Positions 1-12,680 of a DNA stretch of 64,000 nt are shown piece after piece. Every line of letters starts with the position of its first letter. The first letter of the stretch is position 1. Position numbers and translations under genes: made by a program. The stretch is taken from positions 32,614,001 through 32,678,000 of the forward strand of contig CM052817.1 of assembly GCA_028534125.1 (NCBI GenBank), in the 5' to 3' direction. The DNA is from Lama glama (lineage: Eukaryota). Below the pieces are notes generated by a model. The model searched no databases and was not told where the DNA came from. It saw only the letters and a list, made by a program, of their open reading frames with translations.

Positions 1-59
1 GAAGGGTTGGGTTGAAGTCCTCAGTTCCTCACTGGCTGGTCATCAGAGGCTTCTCTGAA

Positions 60-227
60 TGTCTTAGCTGATGTGAGTTACTATAACAAAACATCACAGA
101 CAGGGGAGCTTAAACAACAGACATTTATTTCTCTCAGTTCTGGAGGCTGGGAAGTTCAAGATCAAGGTAGCAGAAGATTCAACGTCTGGTGAAAACCTTC
201 TTCCTGGGGTACGGAGGGTCTCCTTCT
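60..227 (-). mobile_element. MaLR (MLT1-type) LTR fragment
   Basis: ttaaacaacagacatttatttctctcagttctggaggctgggaagttcaagatcaagg is a hallmark of MLT1; similar to 4653-4800 in this window. Confidence 0.8.
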
Positions 228-1499
228 ATTTTACCCCAGTAGCTGGCACAGAGTAAACACTTAATGTTGGCTCTTACCAATGATGATGACAATGGTGAAG
301 TCAAAAGGAGAGGATTGTTATTTTACCTCCACATTTTAGATTTTAAAAGCGTGGACCAGAATGGTTAAATAACTCAAGTTATGCAGCAGGCAAATGGTAC
401 ACCAAGACTCAGAGCGGAGTGAGATCCCCAGACCCAAGCTTTTCACAGGAACTCTTCCCCCAACTCTACGCCATCTCGCCTCTGAGTGTTGCCCATGTTA
501 CCTTCTCACTTGGAATGGCCTTCTTCTCTGGACCACTCATTCTTTAACACTTATTTTATTTTTTTTATGTAATTGCAACTTATACATATTTTTATTTGTC
601 ACTCTGTATTTTAATTTTCTGTTTTTCCTCCCTTGAGAGTAATCATCTTGAAAGCGGGGTCAAGTCATAATCTTCTTACAAATATCTAAGAGGCTAAATA
701 ACATCTGACATTTTTTAGGTGGCTAGTGAATACTGAATTTAATACAAATAAAAATAAGCACTTTTCATGATAAAAATCAATGATAGAGACTCCAAAATTT
801 TTATGTAAAATAACTTTATAAATCTCTATTTTCTATGAAAAGCTACTTATAAACTCATTTTTTTTTTATTTTTCATCCTTTAACATTTAAATCTCCCTTT
901 CTCACTGGAGTTTTTTCTAATAGAGGATACTTTAGTCTACCCCTTCTCTGAATTTCTTATAGCTGAGCTGTTGCATCCCTGCCTTGAAAGTCGGCACCGA
1001 ACCATATGTTAACTGCCTGTGAGATGAACAGAGTGTCCCACACCCAGCTGGTGCTCCACCTATGCTCGATTTGTTGTTTGATTGATGGATTCTTGTGTCT
1101 ATAATGGCCAGGTCTGGCTGCTCTCTGTCCTTTGGTCCCTACAGTGGCCCCACCTGTTGAGCGTAACTAGGTTCTTAATTAAAGCAGAATGAAGGCCAGG
1201 CAGTCCTTATCAATCGGTGGGTGGTGTTGGCTGTTAAGCAGTGGTAGATCTGGGTGTCAGGGAGAGGGCAAAGTTAACCCTCTATGAATTTCTGTTTTTA
1301 ATTGGCACTCCAGTTACTAAGCTACATGATCAGGCTACTCACAATTTTTAAAAGATGCCCAATAAACATTCTATTTATCTCCAGCTCCAGGTAAAAAGTG
1401 AAGCATAGTTTTATTTATTGCTTTAGTATATTGGCCAGTAAATGTGCATGGACTATTAGACTTAGAAGAAATTTCCTGGCACCTCCCCCCTGGCCCTGC

Positions 1500-1745
1500 C
1501 CCCTGCCCCTACCTTGCCCTGACTGTATTCTTGTCCTTTGGAGCTTAGCTTAGAAGTAACCTCCTCTATGAAGGCTTCCATAGTCCCCTCCAGCACGTTA
1601 ATTCTACTGCCACACTTCATACTATAGGCACTTGTCTGTAACCTGTCTGTTTCCTTGAGGGCAAAATCTATGGCTTACTCATTATTAAAAGCCTCGGTCC
1701 TGGCAGAATGCTGAGCACACGATAGATAATTGCTGAATGAATTAA
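1500..1745 (+). mobile_element. L2 3' end relic
   Basis: ccttgagggca...tgctgagcac...tgctgaatgaat L2 tail pattern. Confidence 0.6.
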
Positions 1746-1789
1746 TCTGGCCCAGTCCTTTACAATGCCTGAATATCATTTTATCATGT

Positions 1790-1990
1790 TTGTTTTACTT
1801 GGTGGGAACAAGGCACTCACCACCTCACAAGACAGCTTGTTCCAGATTTAGAAACTAATAGATATCAGAAAAATAAATCTTCCTTAAAATGGGTTCATAT
1901 TTGCCTTCCTGCAATTATTTCCACCCATTGGCCCCCATTCTGCCTTCCTAAGCTACGCAGATGAGCCCAATGCCTATTCCGTAAATTACT
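1790..1990 (-). mobile_element. CR1/L3 relic
   Basis: gcactcaccacctcacaagacagcttgttccag...tcttcctt resembles the L3 3' region. Confidence 0.5.
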
Positions 1991-2279
1991 CCTTGAGTGA
2001 GCCACACCCTCCCTTCCCAGATCCAGCAAATCACCTCTCTAGTCTCTAGATCAGGCAGCTGGATAGTTATCAACACATATGAAGTGTGTGGTTTCCTAGT
2101 GAATACTGTTTACAGGAAACCAAAAAGACTTCGGGCCCAAAAGAAGTTAAGACATTTCTCAAGACCAAAAATTTTATGTTATTTTTCTTTGTCTCCACTG
2201 CCCAGCACTCAATAGATGCCCAAATTCAACTATTTGGCTCTTCTTATTCTTTTATTGTATCTAGAATATATACAATATG

Positions 2280-2550
2280 GCCCCACAAAGTCTTCCCAAA
2301 CATCACCCTTCCTCATGCTCACCCCTAGCCCTGCAGGAAAAAGTCATTGGTCCTTCAGGTATTTCCACAGCACTTTGTACAAACCTATTTAAAAGTCCTG
2401 ATCACAGTATATTATGGTGAAGTTTCACGTACATGTCTGTTTCCTGACTAGACCGTGAACCCCTTGAGGAGGGCAGGGTCTTTTTGTCATTGTATCATGA
2501 CACCTAGCAGAGTGCCTGGCACTTAATAGGTATTTAGTGTATGCTGCAAG
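2280..2550 (+). mobile_element. L2 3' end relic
   Basis: actagaccgtgaacccctt...cctagcagagtgcctggcacttaatagg. Confidence 0.65.
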
Positions 2551-3354
2551 TAAGTGCACTAGAGTATCTAAACTAAAAATACCTCGTTGGTACGCAAGAC
2601 CCCTTATCTAAACCATTTTGAATAAAGGGATCGAGTTCTTTGCTGGGCCACTTGGGAACAGGAAGAGAGGACTCTGCCTGTGTCGTACTGCTCAGATACT
2701 CTATCAGAAGGGAGTCCTTTCAGAAGAAAAGATACATCCTTTATGTTTGCACGTAGTGAATTTGCAGAGCCCCGACTATGCCCTGAGTTGAGTTTAAGCA
2801 CATGGTGCTTCATTGAGGGCACTCTGAGGTTCCCAGACTCGATGCCTAGAGACTGCAGGTGACCCTTGCCCCTTTGCAGGGACCTCCGTGGGAAACAGCA
2901 GTCCAAGCTGTGGCGCCAGCTGCGTCCCCGGGGCCCCAGTCGGGTCTGGACCAGATGGTCCTCTCCAGCTGTTGCTGAGCTGGTGATCTAACATTCTGAT
3001 TTTTCGTGTCTGTACTTTCTCTGTTGGACCCAGAAACACACGTAAAGTGCTGACCACAATGCTCAAAGGATAGATGCTGACATTTCAGCTGCTGCAATGA
3101 GCTGGCCTCCTTTCTACCCCTTGTTCAGGGCTGACCATTTTCACGCATGTTCCCAGACACACTCCTCTTATCTAAAACTTTGTTCCCCTAAAGCACTTAG
3201 ATTTACACTTGGATAAAATTTCTCATTTAACCTTGAGCAAAAACGTTTGGAAAATTGAGGCCTCCTTTTACTATAAATAGGGTGGTAATGACTTCTTTTG
3301 TTATCTTAGTATAGAGAAATGTAGAGAACAGGCTTAGGCAGGACTGGTAATGGA

Positions 3355-3986
3355 CTTGTTGATCTGGGGTTGTCCAGTATCCATTCACCCTACTTCCACA
3401 AATAGACCCTGTTTCACTTTCTTTGGGGAACCCATCCTCCCTTATTCAGATACCGTGTAGTTCAGATATACACCACCCATCACTTCTCCCCACCCCATCA
3501 TCCCCCAAAGCATAAGGGGTGAAGCTTGACTTCAGCTATGCAGTTCCTTCAAACTCCCCACCTGCAGTGATTGGCCTGAGGTCCCAACACACATTCTAAT
3601 CAGAGCCAGGGAAACACAATGAGACCTTCTGTGGAAATGCTAGCATAGAAACAACTGCTCTTTCCCGATGAACTTGAACCTCAGACATTGGAAGATCTAG
3701 GGTCACAGCCATCTTGAATCATAAGGGCCCTGAAAATAGAGCTAAAATTGAGGAAGTAGAGCTGAAAAGGTGAGAGAAGATAAGCAAGACAAAGGATAAA
3801 AAAGGAAAGAGGGAAGAGAGATTGGGATCTCGTTGACGTTATGTGAGCCCCGGGTCAAACTGTGCTGGGGGCTGGAGACAGAGCTCTAGACTTTTCAATT
3901 ATGTGAAGCAATAATCTCCTGTTTCTACTTAAACCAGCTCACATTGCATTTATCATCATTTGCAAATAAAGAAGCCTAGCTGATAA
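3355..3986 (+). mobile_element. Old MaLR LTR (MLT1J/K/L-like)
   Basis: 3' end ttcaattatgtgaagcaataat...ttaaaccagct...ttgcaaataaagaagcctagctgata typical of old MLT1. Confidence 0.6.
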
Positions 3987-4402
3987 GCTGGTGCAGCTGC
4001 CAACACAGAGTAGGAGGAAAGGATGCCTCACTGATGTGACTTGAAGGAAACCAGGTCCAGGACCAGCGGACTTGATGGGAGAGATGTGCACACAGCAGAC
4101 CCTCCTGGCCATCCTCCAGGAACTGGGACCACTGGGAGCTTGGAAAGAAGATACACTATTTGTGTCAAGTAATATTGTGCCTACATGTCTATAAATTTGA
4201 AGAGGACATGTGATTTGAGTGATTGCAATTAGGAAAATAACAAACGGCCTCATAGGTAAAGTTCCTAAGTCTCTCAGACTCCAGAAGGGAAATGATTCTC
4301 ATAGGGTTCAAACACATGCATTCATCAAAAGATTGCCGGGTCAAGGGAAAGGATGCAGCTCTCACTTTCTAATCCCCAGAAACTCTTTCTCCTCTGAAGT
4401 AG

Positions 4403-4498
<96 letters not shown>

Positions 4499-4652
4499 TG
4501 ATCTTGGAATGTAAAGAATTTTTGGGGGGGGGTTGATTTCCACGGAACTTTGTCACTTACCTGTGTTCCTGAACTATGAATATCTGGGCTAAGGAATAGT
4601 TTTTCTTGATAAATGAACAATTAACAAATTTTTTAAAAAAGGAGCAAACTGC

Positions 4653-5526
4653 TCTCTTAGCTCAGGCTGCTATAACATAACACCATAGACTGGTGGCTTA
4701 AACAACAGACTCACAGCTCTGGAGGCTGGGAAGTCTGAGATTCCCGTGCCAGCATGGTCAGATTCTGGTGAGAACCCTCCCCCTGGTTTGCAGGTAGCTG
4801 CTGGGAATGAAAAATACTGCAAACTTTATCAGTAAACGAAGAATGCTGAAGCCATCAAGTCATCAGCCACTGCTGCCACCCCCTAGTGAAGACAAGCCTG
4901 CAGCCCAGCCTCTGCAGCCACTCACAATGGTGCATTCTGAGGGGACTCAGAATAAGAAAGGACAGGACACTGGTCCTAGATAGTTAGGTGCTTGTCAAAG
5001 GAATGAATTCAATGAGCCCAAATGTTTGCTTCCTCCCATACATAGAAAAGCACTAAATTTTGTAACTTGAGTTGCCTGGTTTTCTTTAGGTAACAAGTAA
5101 TCTTTTACTCTTCCAACTACCTGGTCTTTTTTGTAAAGCTCCTGTATATCCTGGCTCCTCCCCTACCACTTCAGAGCAGTCCCTCAGAATGATCTGAGAG
5201 GCTGTCATCCCAGCTTGAGTCCTCCCACCAAATAAAACATGACTCTTAACTTTTAGACTGTGCATTTATTTTAGTCGACACTGCCTACTTGCTGTGTCCT
5301 CAAGTGGCAGAGAGAGAGGAGGCTTCAGCAAGTCTTTCTCTGCTTATAAGGGCACTAATGTCATCGTGAGGGCCCCACCCTCATGACCTCATCTAAACCT
5401 AATTACATTCCAAAGGCATCACCTCCCAATTACATCACATTGAGGGTTAGGGCTTCAACATATAAAAATGGGGGTGTGCAGTAGGGCAGAGAGGGTGACG
5501 GGGACACAAATCCTCAGTTCATAACA
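4653..5526 (-). mobile_element. MLT1A-like MaLR LTR, split by an ERV1 LTR
   Basis: Left half ggctgctataaca...ggtttgcag; right half ...ccccaccctcatgacctcatctaaacct...ttcaacata...cagttcataaca. Confidence 0.85.
4802..5280 (+). mobile_element. ERV1 solo LTR (MER41-like 3' end)
   Basis: TG...CA termini, 4-bp TSD CTGC (4798-4801 / 5281-5284), AATAAA 5231-5236, ends ttttagtcgaca. Confidence 0.85.
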
Positions 5527-6714
5527 ATCACCAAGATGCTGCAGAAGGTCAGAGGACTCTTGGCTGGTGCAGCTATTTAAATTTCATACTATTACAAACC
5601 CCTCCTGGTTTTTCAGAGGCTTCTGTGGCGATTTTGACAGCTGAGATTCCTGACCCTCCGTTTTGACCTAGCACCCAAAACCCACACGACCCTATTCTCA
5701 TGGAGTGGGCGGGTTTCCTCTGTGTTTTCCTTCAACTCCAAGTTTAGACCTGTTTTCTCAAATAGATATGTTGCCCTTGGCTGATGGTGACCTTCTCAAG
5801 GGTCTTAGCTGGGAGAGTAGTCCTCAGCGACATGAAAGACCCCTGCTGTGAAAGCTTAACTTAAACCACGTTCCACAGATCACAGCCCCACCCCTGGAGA
5901 GCCCTCCATTCAAAGAAGATGATTGCACTTTCTTGTCTCTTAAGTAGAGCTCAAGCTCCTGGAAATTCTGTCAGGGATTCTCCATGGGATAATGAGCTTT
6001 GCAGACAGGATGAACACCAGAGTACGTACCCCCAGAGTTTCAAAGAATTATTATTCTTTAAATCCTGTTTTCCATTTTGTTTGAAAATGAAGTTAAAGGG
6101 ACAGCAAATTATCGATTGGCTTGTTTGTTAATGAAAACAATATGGAGCAAGAATTCCATCTTTAGTCTGCTCGAACAAAGCATTCGCTACCCAGGGATGG
6201 GTCCTTAAATTCCGGGGTATGATTTCCAAGTTAAAAAGATAAAGAAAAAGAAAAGTAGGTAGATATTATCTTCTCTATTACAGGACACTCACTGTTACAA
6301 CAATTAACCCCCATCTTAGAGACTTACCATTAGTCAGTTTTCTTTCTTGCTTATGCAAATCTCAATTGGGTATAGGACAGGCAATCTAGTGGGGCCATCA
6401 TCTTCTAGTTGAAATTTGGGGTTGTCACTAGACCCTCTGCCTCTGGCCACAGACAAGGAGGGAAGGAGCATGCAGGAGGATTTGGGGGCAAGGGAGGCTG
6501 ATGAGAAATGCAGTCCTGCTCTGTCTCCAGGAAAAGGAGGGTGTGGATCTGGTGACCCTTTAACTGGACGCTGGCACCTCTGTGACGTCCATCACTCTAG
6601 GTTATCACACTGGCTTCGCATCCCTCTCTGTCTTTTCTGTAATTCTTACCAAAATCACAATATTTGCAAATACTTTGTAGTTTATACAGCCCTTGCTGGT
6701 GCACTGTTTTAATT

Positions 6715-7100
6715 AATCCTTCCAGTCATTTTAAGAGACAGCAATTATTAATCCCCACTTTAATGATGAACAAATTGAGGCAAGAGTAAACGAGCAGCAG
6801 AGTTGGGTCTTGAGCCCAGGTCTTATGGCTCCAACCACTCTACTCCCCCAGGGAGGCAGTGTGGTGAGATGGCTAAGGGACCTGGCTCGGGCACCAGACT
6901 GCCTGGCTGCAATCTGAGCTCTGCCCTAGTTGGCCACACCATCCCGGGCCCTTGTTGACATCTGCGGGCACCGGTCTACAGCATGGGGCAATTGGAAAAG
7001 TATCTCCTTCACAGGCTCATTGTGGGAATTCCGGCTGGTGACGTCCAAAGTGCCAGCAAAGCACCTGGCTTATAATAAACTTCGTCAGTGATTTGCTAAT
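6715..7100. mobile_element. Two MIR relics in opposite orientations
   Basis: attaatccccactttaatgatgaacaaattgaggc and aggcagtgtggtgagatggctaag MIR-like cores. Confidence 0.6.
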
Positions 7101-7227
7101 TGCAGCCATGGGAAGAAGACTAAGAAAGCATCCAAACTCATGTAGGGCCCCTGCTTCAAGCTCCAGGGTTTGCTAATGGAGGACATTTTCATAAATTTCA
7201 TTTCCATGGAGAGAAAAGACCCGGCTG

Positions 7228-7751
7228 TGATACAGAAAAAAGAGATGTGGGAGGATGGTCACGGGCAAGTCCCTGGGATCCATCCAGCCCAATGAGGGTC
7301 CTTGGCTTCCTGCTGCAGGAAGGAATTCAAGAGCGAGCCATAGGTGAGTGACAGTAGATTTACTCAGAGAGATGCAAACTCCATAGACAGAGTGCAGGCT
7401 GTCCAGGAAGGTGAGAAAGAGCAACTTCCAGGTGCAGGGCTGTTAGTGTTCATGGGTTCATATGCTAACAAGTGGGAGGATTATTCCAACTACTTTGGGG
7501 AAGGAGCGGAGGTTCCCAGGAATTGGGCCATCGCCCACTTTTTGGCCTTTCATGGTCAACCTGGGACTGTCACGGCACCTGTGGGCATGTTATTTAGCAC
7601 GCTAGTGTATTACAGTGAGCCTGTAACGAGGCTCAAGGTCTACTGGAAGTCAAATCTGCTGCCATCTTGGGTCAAACCACTTTATGTCGTAACCTCAATG
7701 GCTGTGTCATTCTTTTAATGGTTGTGTCCTGCCTCCTTCCCTCCTGTCTCA
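7228..7751 (-). mobile_element. ERV1 solo LTR
   Basis: TG...CA termini (minus strand starts TGAGACAGGAGGG), 4-bp TSD GCTG (7224-7227 / 7752-7755). Confidence 0.85.
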
Positions 7752-9036
7752 GCTGCATTGTCACTTTTCATCACCACAGAGGGGAGCCCTCTAGTCCTTG
7801 GTGTCAGTCTCTCAGTGAGGGACCCACGGGCTTAGGATTCTCTTTTCAGGCTTCTGTCGCGTCAGCCCTTCATCAATTGCCAGGATGCACTTGACCCAGA
7901 GAGGAAGACTTCATACTGGAAACTGCTTCTGACGGGCCCGTGATGAGGACTCATGCCCAGAGACCCAGCCCAAGGTGACTTCCAAGTGGGGATCCGCAGA
8001 CACTTGGACCATTTCATTTCAACACTGTGGGTAACTAGTAACTGTACCAAGACCCCACCAAGTTCCTGTAGACTCAATAATTTACAAAGACATTTCCCGC
8101 TTGACTGCCCCACGTCTCCCCCACGAGGGAGACGTGGAAGATGTTATTACTCTCCATTTCTAAGGCTCAGGAACTTGAACCTCACTTAAGTGACCTTTCC
8201 AAGGTTGCATGGTTATTAAATAGCAGGGCCAGTACTAGACCTACGCTAGGCTATGAAGTGTGACTGCCTTTCTTAGTGTGGAGTCCCCAGTGCAGGCTCT
8301 GAGACAAGAATTTGGAGGCAAGTGGTTCCTTTTAGAGGCGACGCCAGGACGTGGAGAAATGAGAAGGGGCGGGAGCCAGCAAAGTGTGTCGCCATGGGCA
8401 ACCGTGGGCCCTCCTGCTGGGAGCCCAGGAGACAGCTCAGAGCGTGACTCGCCAGGGATACTTGTCTTTGAACCTCCAGCTGCGATTGCCTGGGGGTCCT
8501 CTCAGGGGCATACACTCCTGGGCCCCTTCAGCCCACCTCATGTTCAGACTGACAGCAGGCCTTTGTGTGAAGTCTCAGGGCCTGCAGTAGGATGCTTCTG
8601 ATGTGTGCCGGGATGGGGGTGGTGAAGGGGACATGGTGGGGCTCCAACCACATCATCCGGGCAGGCTCTGGGTAGGACCAGAGACCTCCTGCCAGGACCT
8701 CTCCCCAGCCCCCAACCTGTGCCCGCTGACACCTCTGCAGGGGTCCTTACTGGAGACGGGACTTTCCCAGGGGCTGCACACATTTCCCGAGAGGGAAGGG
8801 ACTAGAAGTAGCTGAAGACAGGGATGTAGATTCAGGATTGAATCCAGCTCTGCCATCTTCTTGGGTGAACCACACTGACCTAGCGGAGCCTATTCCCCCA
8901 GCAAAATACAGATAATATGTATTGCAGTGGGCTGTTGGGAGGAGACAAAATAGAAAATCGAAAGTGTAAGCCCCTGACAGCAGGGACCACACGTGCTGTC
9001 CTCATCAGTGTCTTTTCAGCATGTAGCAGTGCTCGG

Positions 9037-9108
9037 GAATGAATGAGTGAGTGAGTGAGTGGAAGGAAGGAAGGAAGGAAGGATGGAAGGAAGGAAGGAA
9101 GGAAGGAA
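9037..9108 (+). repeat. Compound microsatellite (GAAT)2(GAGT)4(GGAA)~12
   Basis: Directly visible; grows out of an L2-type GAAT tail. Confidence 0.95.
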
Positions 9109-9561
9109 CTAATTGTGTGAGTACCTGCTCCATGGAAGGCTCTCAAAAAGAGCTGGTTCTCGCCCTGCCTCCTGGTTCTGACCCATGACATACTACAGCA
9201 CTGTGATAACCGAACCAGGAGAAAAGGAAAGCTTTAAGCACTGTTAAGTGCTGTTTCATTCATTCGTTCTCAGGGAGCCACTAAGTACAGAGTTTAAAAA
9301 GTGTTTCCCTAAGAAAGAGGCTCAGCGTCTCCCTGGCCTGTAGTCTGTCAGCCTTTGTGTGGACTTGCCCTCTCTCCTCTCCCTGCCTCCACCCTGTGGC
9401 TCCTCCTCCAGGACTGGCAGTTTTTCTGCCCAGGACCACCGGGTGCAAAGGGCAGGGGCAGGGGAAAAGCTCTAACTTTCTTGCTGCTTTCTACACCTTT
9501 CCTCTTGCGTCCTGCCTGCCGTGAGTCTTCACTGCCCACCTCCCCCCTCTCCCACCTCTCA

Positions 9562-9704
9562 CTGTACCTCAGCAGTGTACCCCCACAGTGTACCCCAGAA
9601 GTATAAACCCACAGTGTATCAGAGCAGTGTACCCCTGCAGTACACCCCACAGTGTGCCCCACAGTGTACCCCAGCAGTGTACCCCACAGAATACTCCAGC
9701 AGTA
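9562..9704 (+). repeat. Minisatellite, about 11 degenerate copies of CAGTGTACCCCA(G)
   Basis: 12-13-bp units readable directly. Confidence 0.9.
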
Positions 9705-10320
9705 GCCATGAGACAACTTGCATCAGACAGAATCTCCTACCCATCTTGGGTCCCAGTGAATGTTACTGTGAACACTCACATATCTTGAACCCCCAAGCCA
9801 GAAATATGCTGCGCACGGACAGTCGTCATGACAACACTAAGACACCACAGGGCGACTCACTCCTCCCACAAACCCATACCAAGCAACTGCTACATAGAAG
9901 GCAGTGTGAATAAGGCGGAGCCTGTCTCTCCTCTCAGGGAACTTGAAGCCTAGTGGGGGAGGCAGAGTAAACACCAAATAAATATACAATTACAGAGTCA
10001 CAGGCAAAGTGAAAGAAATGTGTGAGAGCCTATAATAGGGGGATGGCGCCTCAGCTGGGAAGTTCCCTGAGGAAGTGGCATTTGCTGCGCAGTCTAAGAC
10101 AAGGGGTGTGAGGAGGAGGGGACTGCCTGGTAAAACCCCTGAGGCAGGAAGAAACCCAACAGATGCAAAGACCTGAGAGGCCCATGTGACTAAGGCACAG
10201 TGGGCCAGGAGGAGCAGGACCTGGATGATGACTGAGAATTTCAACAACATGTCCCGAAGTCACACAGCCGGGACATCTGGGGGCTGGACTAGCCCCTAGG
10301 CTGGATTAGGCAGACCATCG

Positions 10321-10805
10321 TGTAACAGGGGAGAACAAATCCGACTCCATTTGGATGTTTCTTTTATTGAACCTTTCTATTCTGTTGCTTTTGCTACAAG
10401 CTACTCACTAAAGGGATGTTGCCTATAAGCTTAAATTGTACGTAATAGCCCATCTCTGGTAACCCTGCCTCCCAAGAAATGAGCGCTAAACTGAATACCT
10501 TTGTTTAGCTCACGGGAAACACGCTGGCCAGGCCCACCTGTGAATGACTGTAGGAGGGAAGACGTTAACACATCCCCTCCGGAGGCTGACTGGAACCAGG
10601 AAATGTTTGACTTTACCTCTACCCCGTTTAGCATAAAAGCAGCCTGATTTCTAACTCTGCCAAGGTGGTTCTTTGGGACACCAGTCCACTATCTTCTAGG
10701 TCTGCTGGTTTTCCAAATAAAATCACTATTCCTTGCCCCAACAACGCGTCCCTTGATTTACTGGCCTATTGTGCAGTGAACAGTATCAGCTTGGACCCAG
10801 TAACA
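10321..10805 (+). mobile_element. ERV1 solo LTR (MER4/MER34-group-like)
   Basis: TGTAACA...GTAACA termini, TATA-like CATAAAA ~10632, AATAAA 10716-10721, typical U5 cttgccccaacaa...gatttactggcct; no TSD seen. Confidence 0.8.
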
Positions 10806-11490
10806 GGTATAGGTTTAAGTCAGTCATTCCATGGATGTTTATTGAGCACCTACTGTGTGCCACAGGCTGTTTTAAGCATTGAAATAGAGAAGAAAGCAAG
10901 TTCTCTTCCCTTAAGGAGTTTGATCTTCATCCAGAGCCCTGAAAACCCCCATGGGAGGATCTTAGGCAGGAGATAACAAAATCAGACTTGCTGCTGGCAG
11001 CGAGGTGACTGAGTGCAGAGACCATCTGGGGGGCTGCGGTGGTCAGGGTGAGAGCGAATGATGGCTTGGGCTGAAGAGGGACAGAGGGCATAGAAAGAAG
11101 TGAATACACTGCAGAGACATTTAGAAGGAAACCATTATAGCACTTGGTGATTAATTGGACGGCAGGGTGAGGGTGATGGGGACATCACAGGTAACTTCCA
11201 GGTCCCCAAAGAGGTGTAGTGCCTTCCAAATCACCTGAGAATGAATAGCTTGTGTGCAACATTGTTTGAATATTTGGATTCTATAAGACCCTGGACACTG
11301 GCGTGGGACACAGTAGTTAACCAGAACTTGCCCTTTTCCTGCCTATGTGTAGTTGAGGATGAATAAAAGGTGTGTGTGAGGAGGGGGGTTATTTGTATTG
11401 GTCAAAGTAGCATGTCTAAGTCTACTCTCTAATTTCACCAGTTGCTGATAAAAAAAATTTTTTCAGAATATCCTTCATCATCATGAGAGT

Positions 11491-11913
11491 TATACTAATT
11501 TCCTAGGGCTGCCATAACATATTAAAACTCCAGACATTTATTGGCTTCCAGTTGCAGAAGCCAGAAGTCCCTAATCAAGGGGTTGGCAGGGTTGGATTTT
11601 TTTGGCGGGTCTGAGAGAGAATCCATCCCACGTGTCCCCTCCTAGTTTCTGGTCATTAGCAGCAATCCTTGGCCTTCCCTGCCTTGCAGACACACCACTC
11701 CTATCTCAACCTCAGTCTTCACCGGCTTTCCCCCTTATAAGGTCTCCCATAAGGACCAGTCACTGGATGTAGGACCCACCCTACATCCAGATGATCTCAT
11801 CTCAAGATCCTTAACTTAAATATACCTGCTAAGACCCTATTTCCAAATAAATTCACATTCAGAGGGTTAGTACTTGGACAAGTCTTTCAGGAGATGCCAT
11901 TCAACCCATTACA
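11491..11913 (-). mobile_element. MLT1C-like MaLR LTR
   Basis: tttcctagggctgccataaca...gatctcatctcaagatccttaactt...ttcaacccattaca. Confidence 0.8.
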
Positions 11914-12409
11914 AGTGAATAACCACCAATATTAGAAAACATGATTTCAGGAAACAGACTTGGAGAGAGACATTTCTGGGTTTCAAAGATGTGCATAGAA
12001 ACACCAGTTTTCTCTTTGTTGCCAAACATTAATTACCGTGGTCTTTTTTTTTTTTTCCTGTTCCCAAATGCCTTAGAGGTGAGAGGAGGTTTCTGTAGTT
12101 CCATCTCATAGTTTATGTATAAACAGAGTAAACAAAGGATTTGATTCATTGTGCATGGCCTTGGAGACACATACAAATTTTTTTTCAAACTAAGACTAAT
12201 TGCTTAGTTTAAAGGTTGATAATTTATGTGCCAAAGAGTCAGAAAATAACCAGAGATTAAAGAACAGCTGTGGATGAATTAATTCTTCCCCAAACACATG
12301 GCTGAGAACTGAAAATGTACCAGGAGGAAAAGCAAATAAACGAACTGAAAATCCTAATCATGTACATCAGGCTTGAGCTGATCATTTTCAATCTACTCAT
12401 TGCAAAGAA

Positions 12410-12680
12410 TTATAATAGTAACAGCTTACAACGTTGAATGTGCTTGCCTTGTGCTTGCCAACCACCGTTCAAAACACTCTACATGTATTATCTTATGTAC
12501 TCTTCACAACAACGCTGTGACCATTATCACCCCCATTTCACAGAAGAGAATATTGAGGCAACAAGAAGTAACTTGCAAAAAAAAAAAAAAAAAAGAGAGA
12601 AGTAACTTGCTCAAGGTTGTAAAGCCTCTAAGTAGAGAAGCCAGGATTTGAACTCAGGCAGACTTCAGAGCACCTACTTT
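12410..12680 (-). mobile_element. MIR carrying a later poly(A) insertion
   Basis: ccccatttcacagaagagaatattgaggc...aagtaacttgctcaagg...gccaggatttgaactcaggc. Confidence 0.8.

Noticed and set aside
9348..9913. Repetitive ORFs; superficial CRISPR-like periodicity
   Set aside because: Translation of a minisatellite; there are no unique spacers and the context is mammalian.
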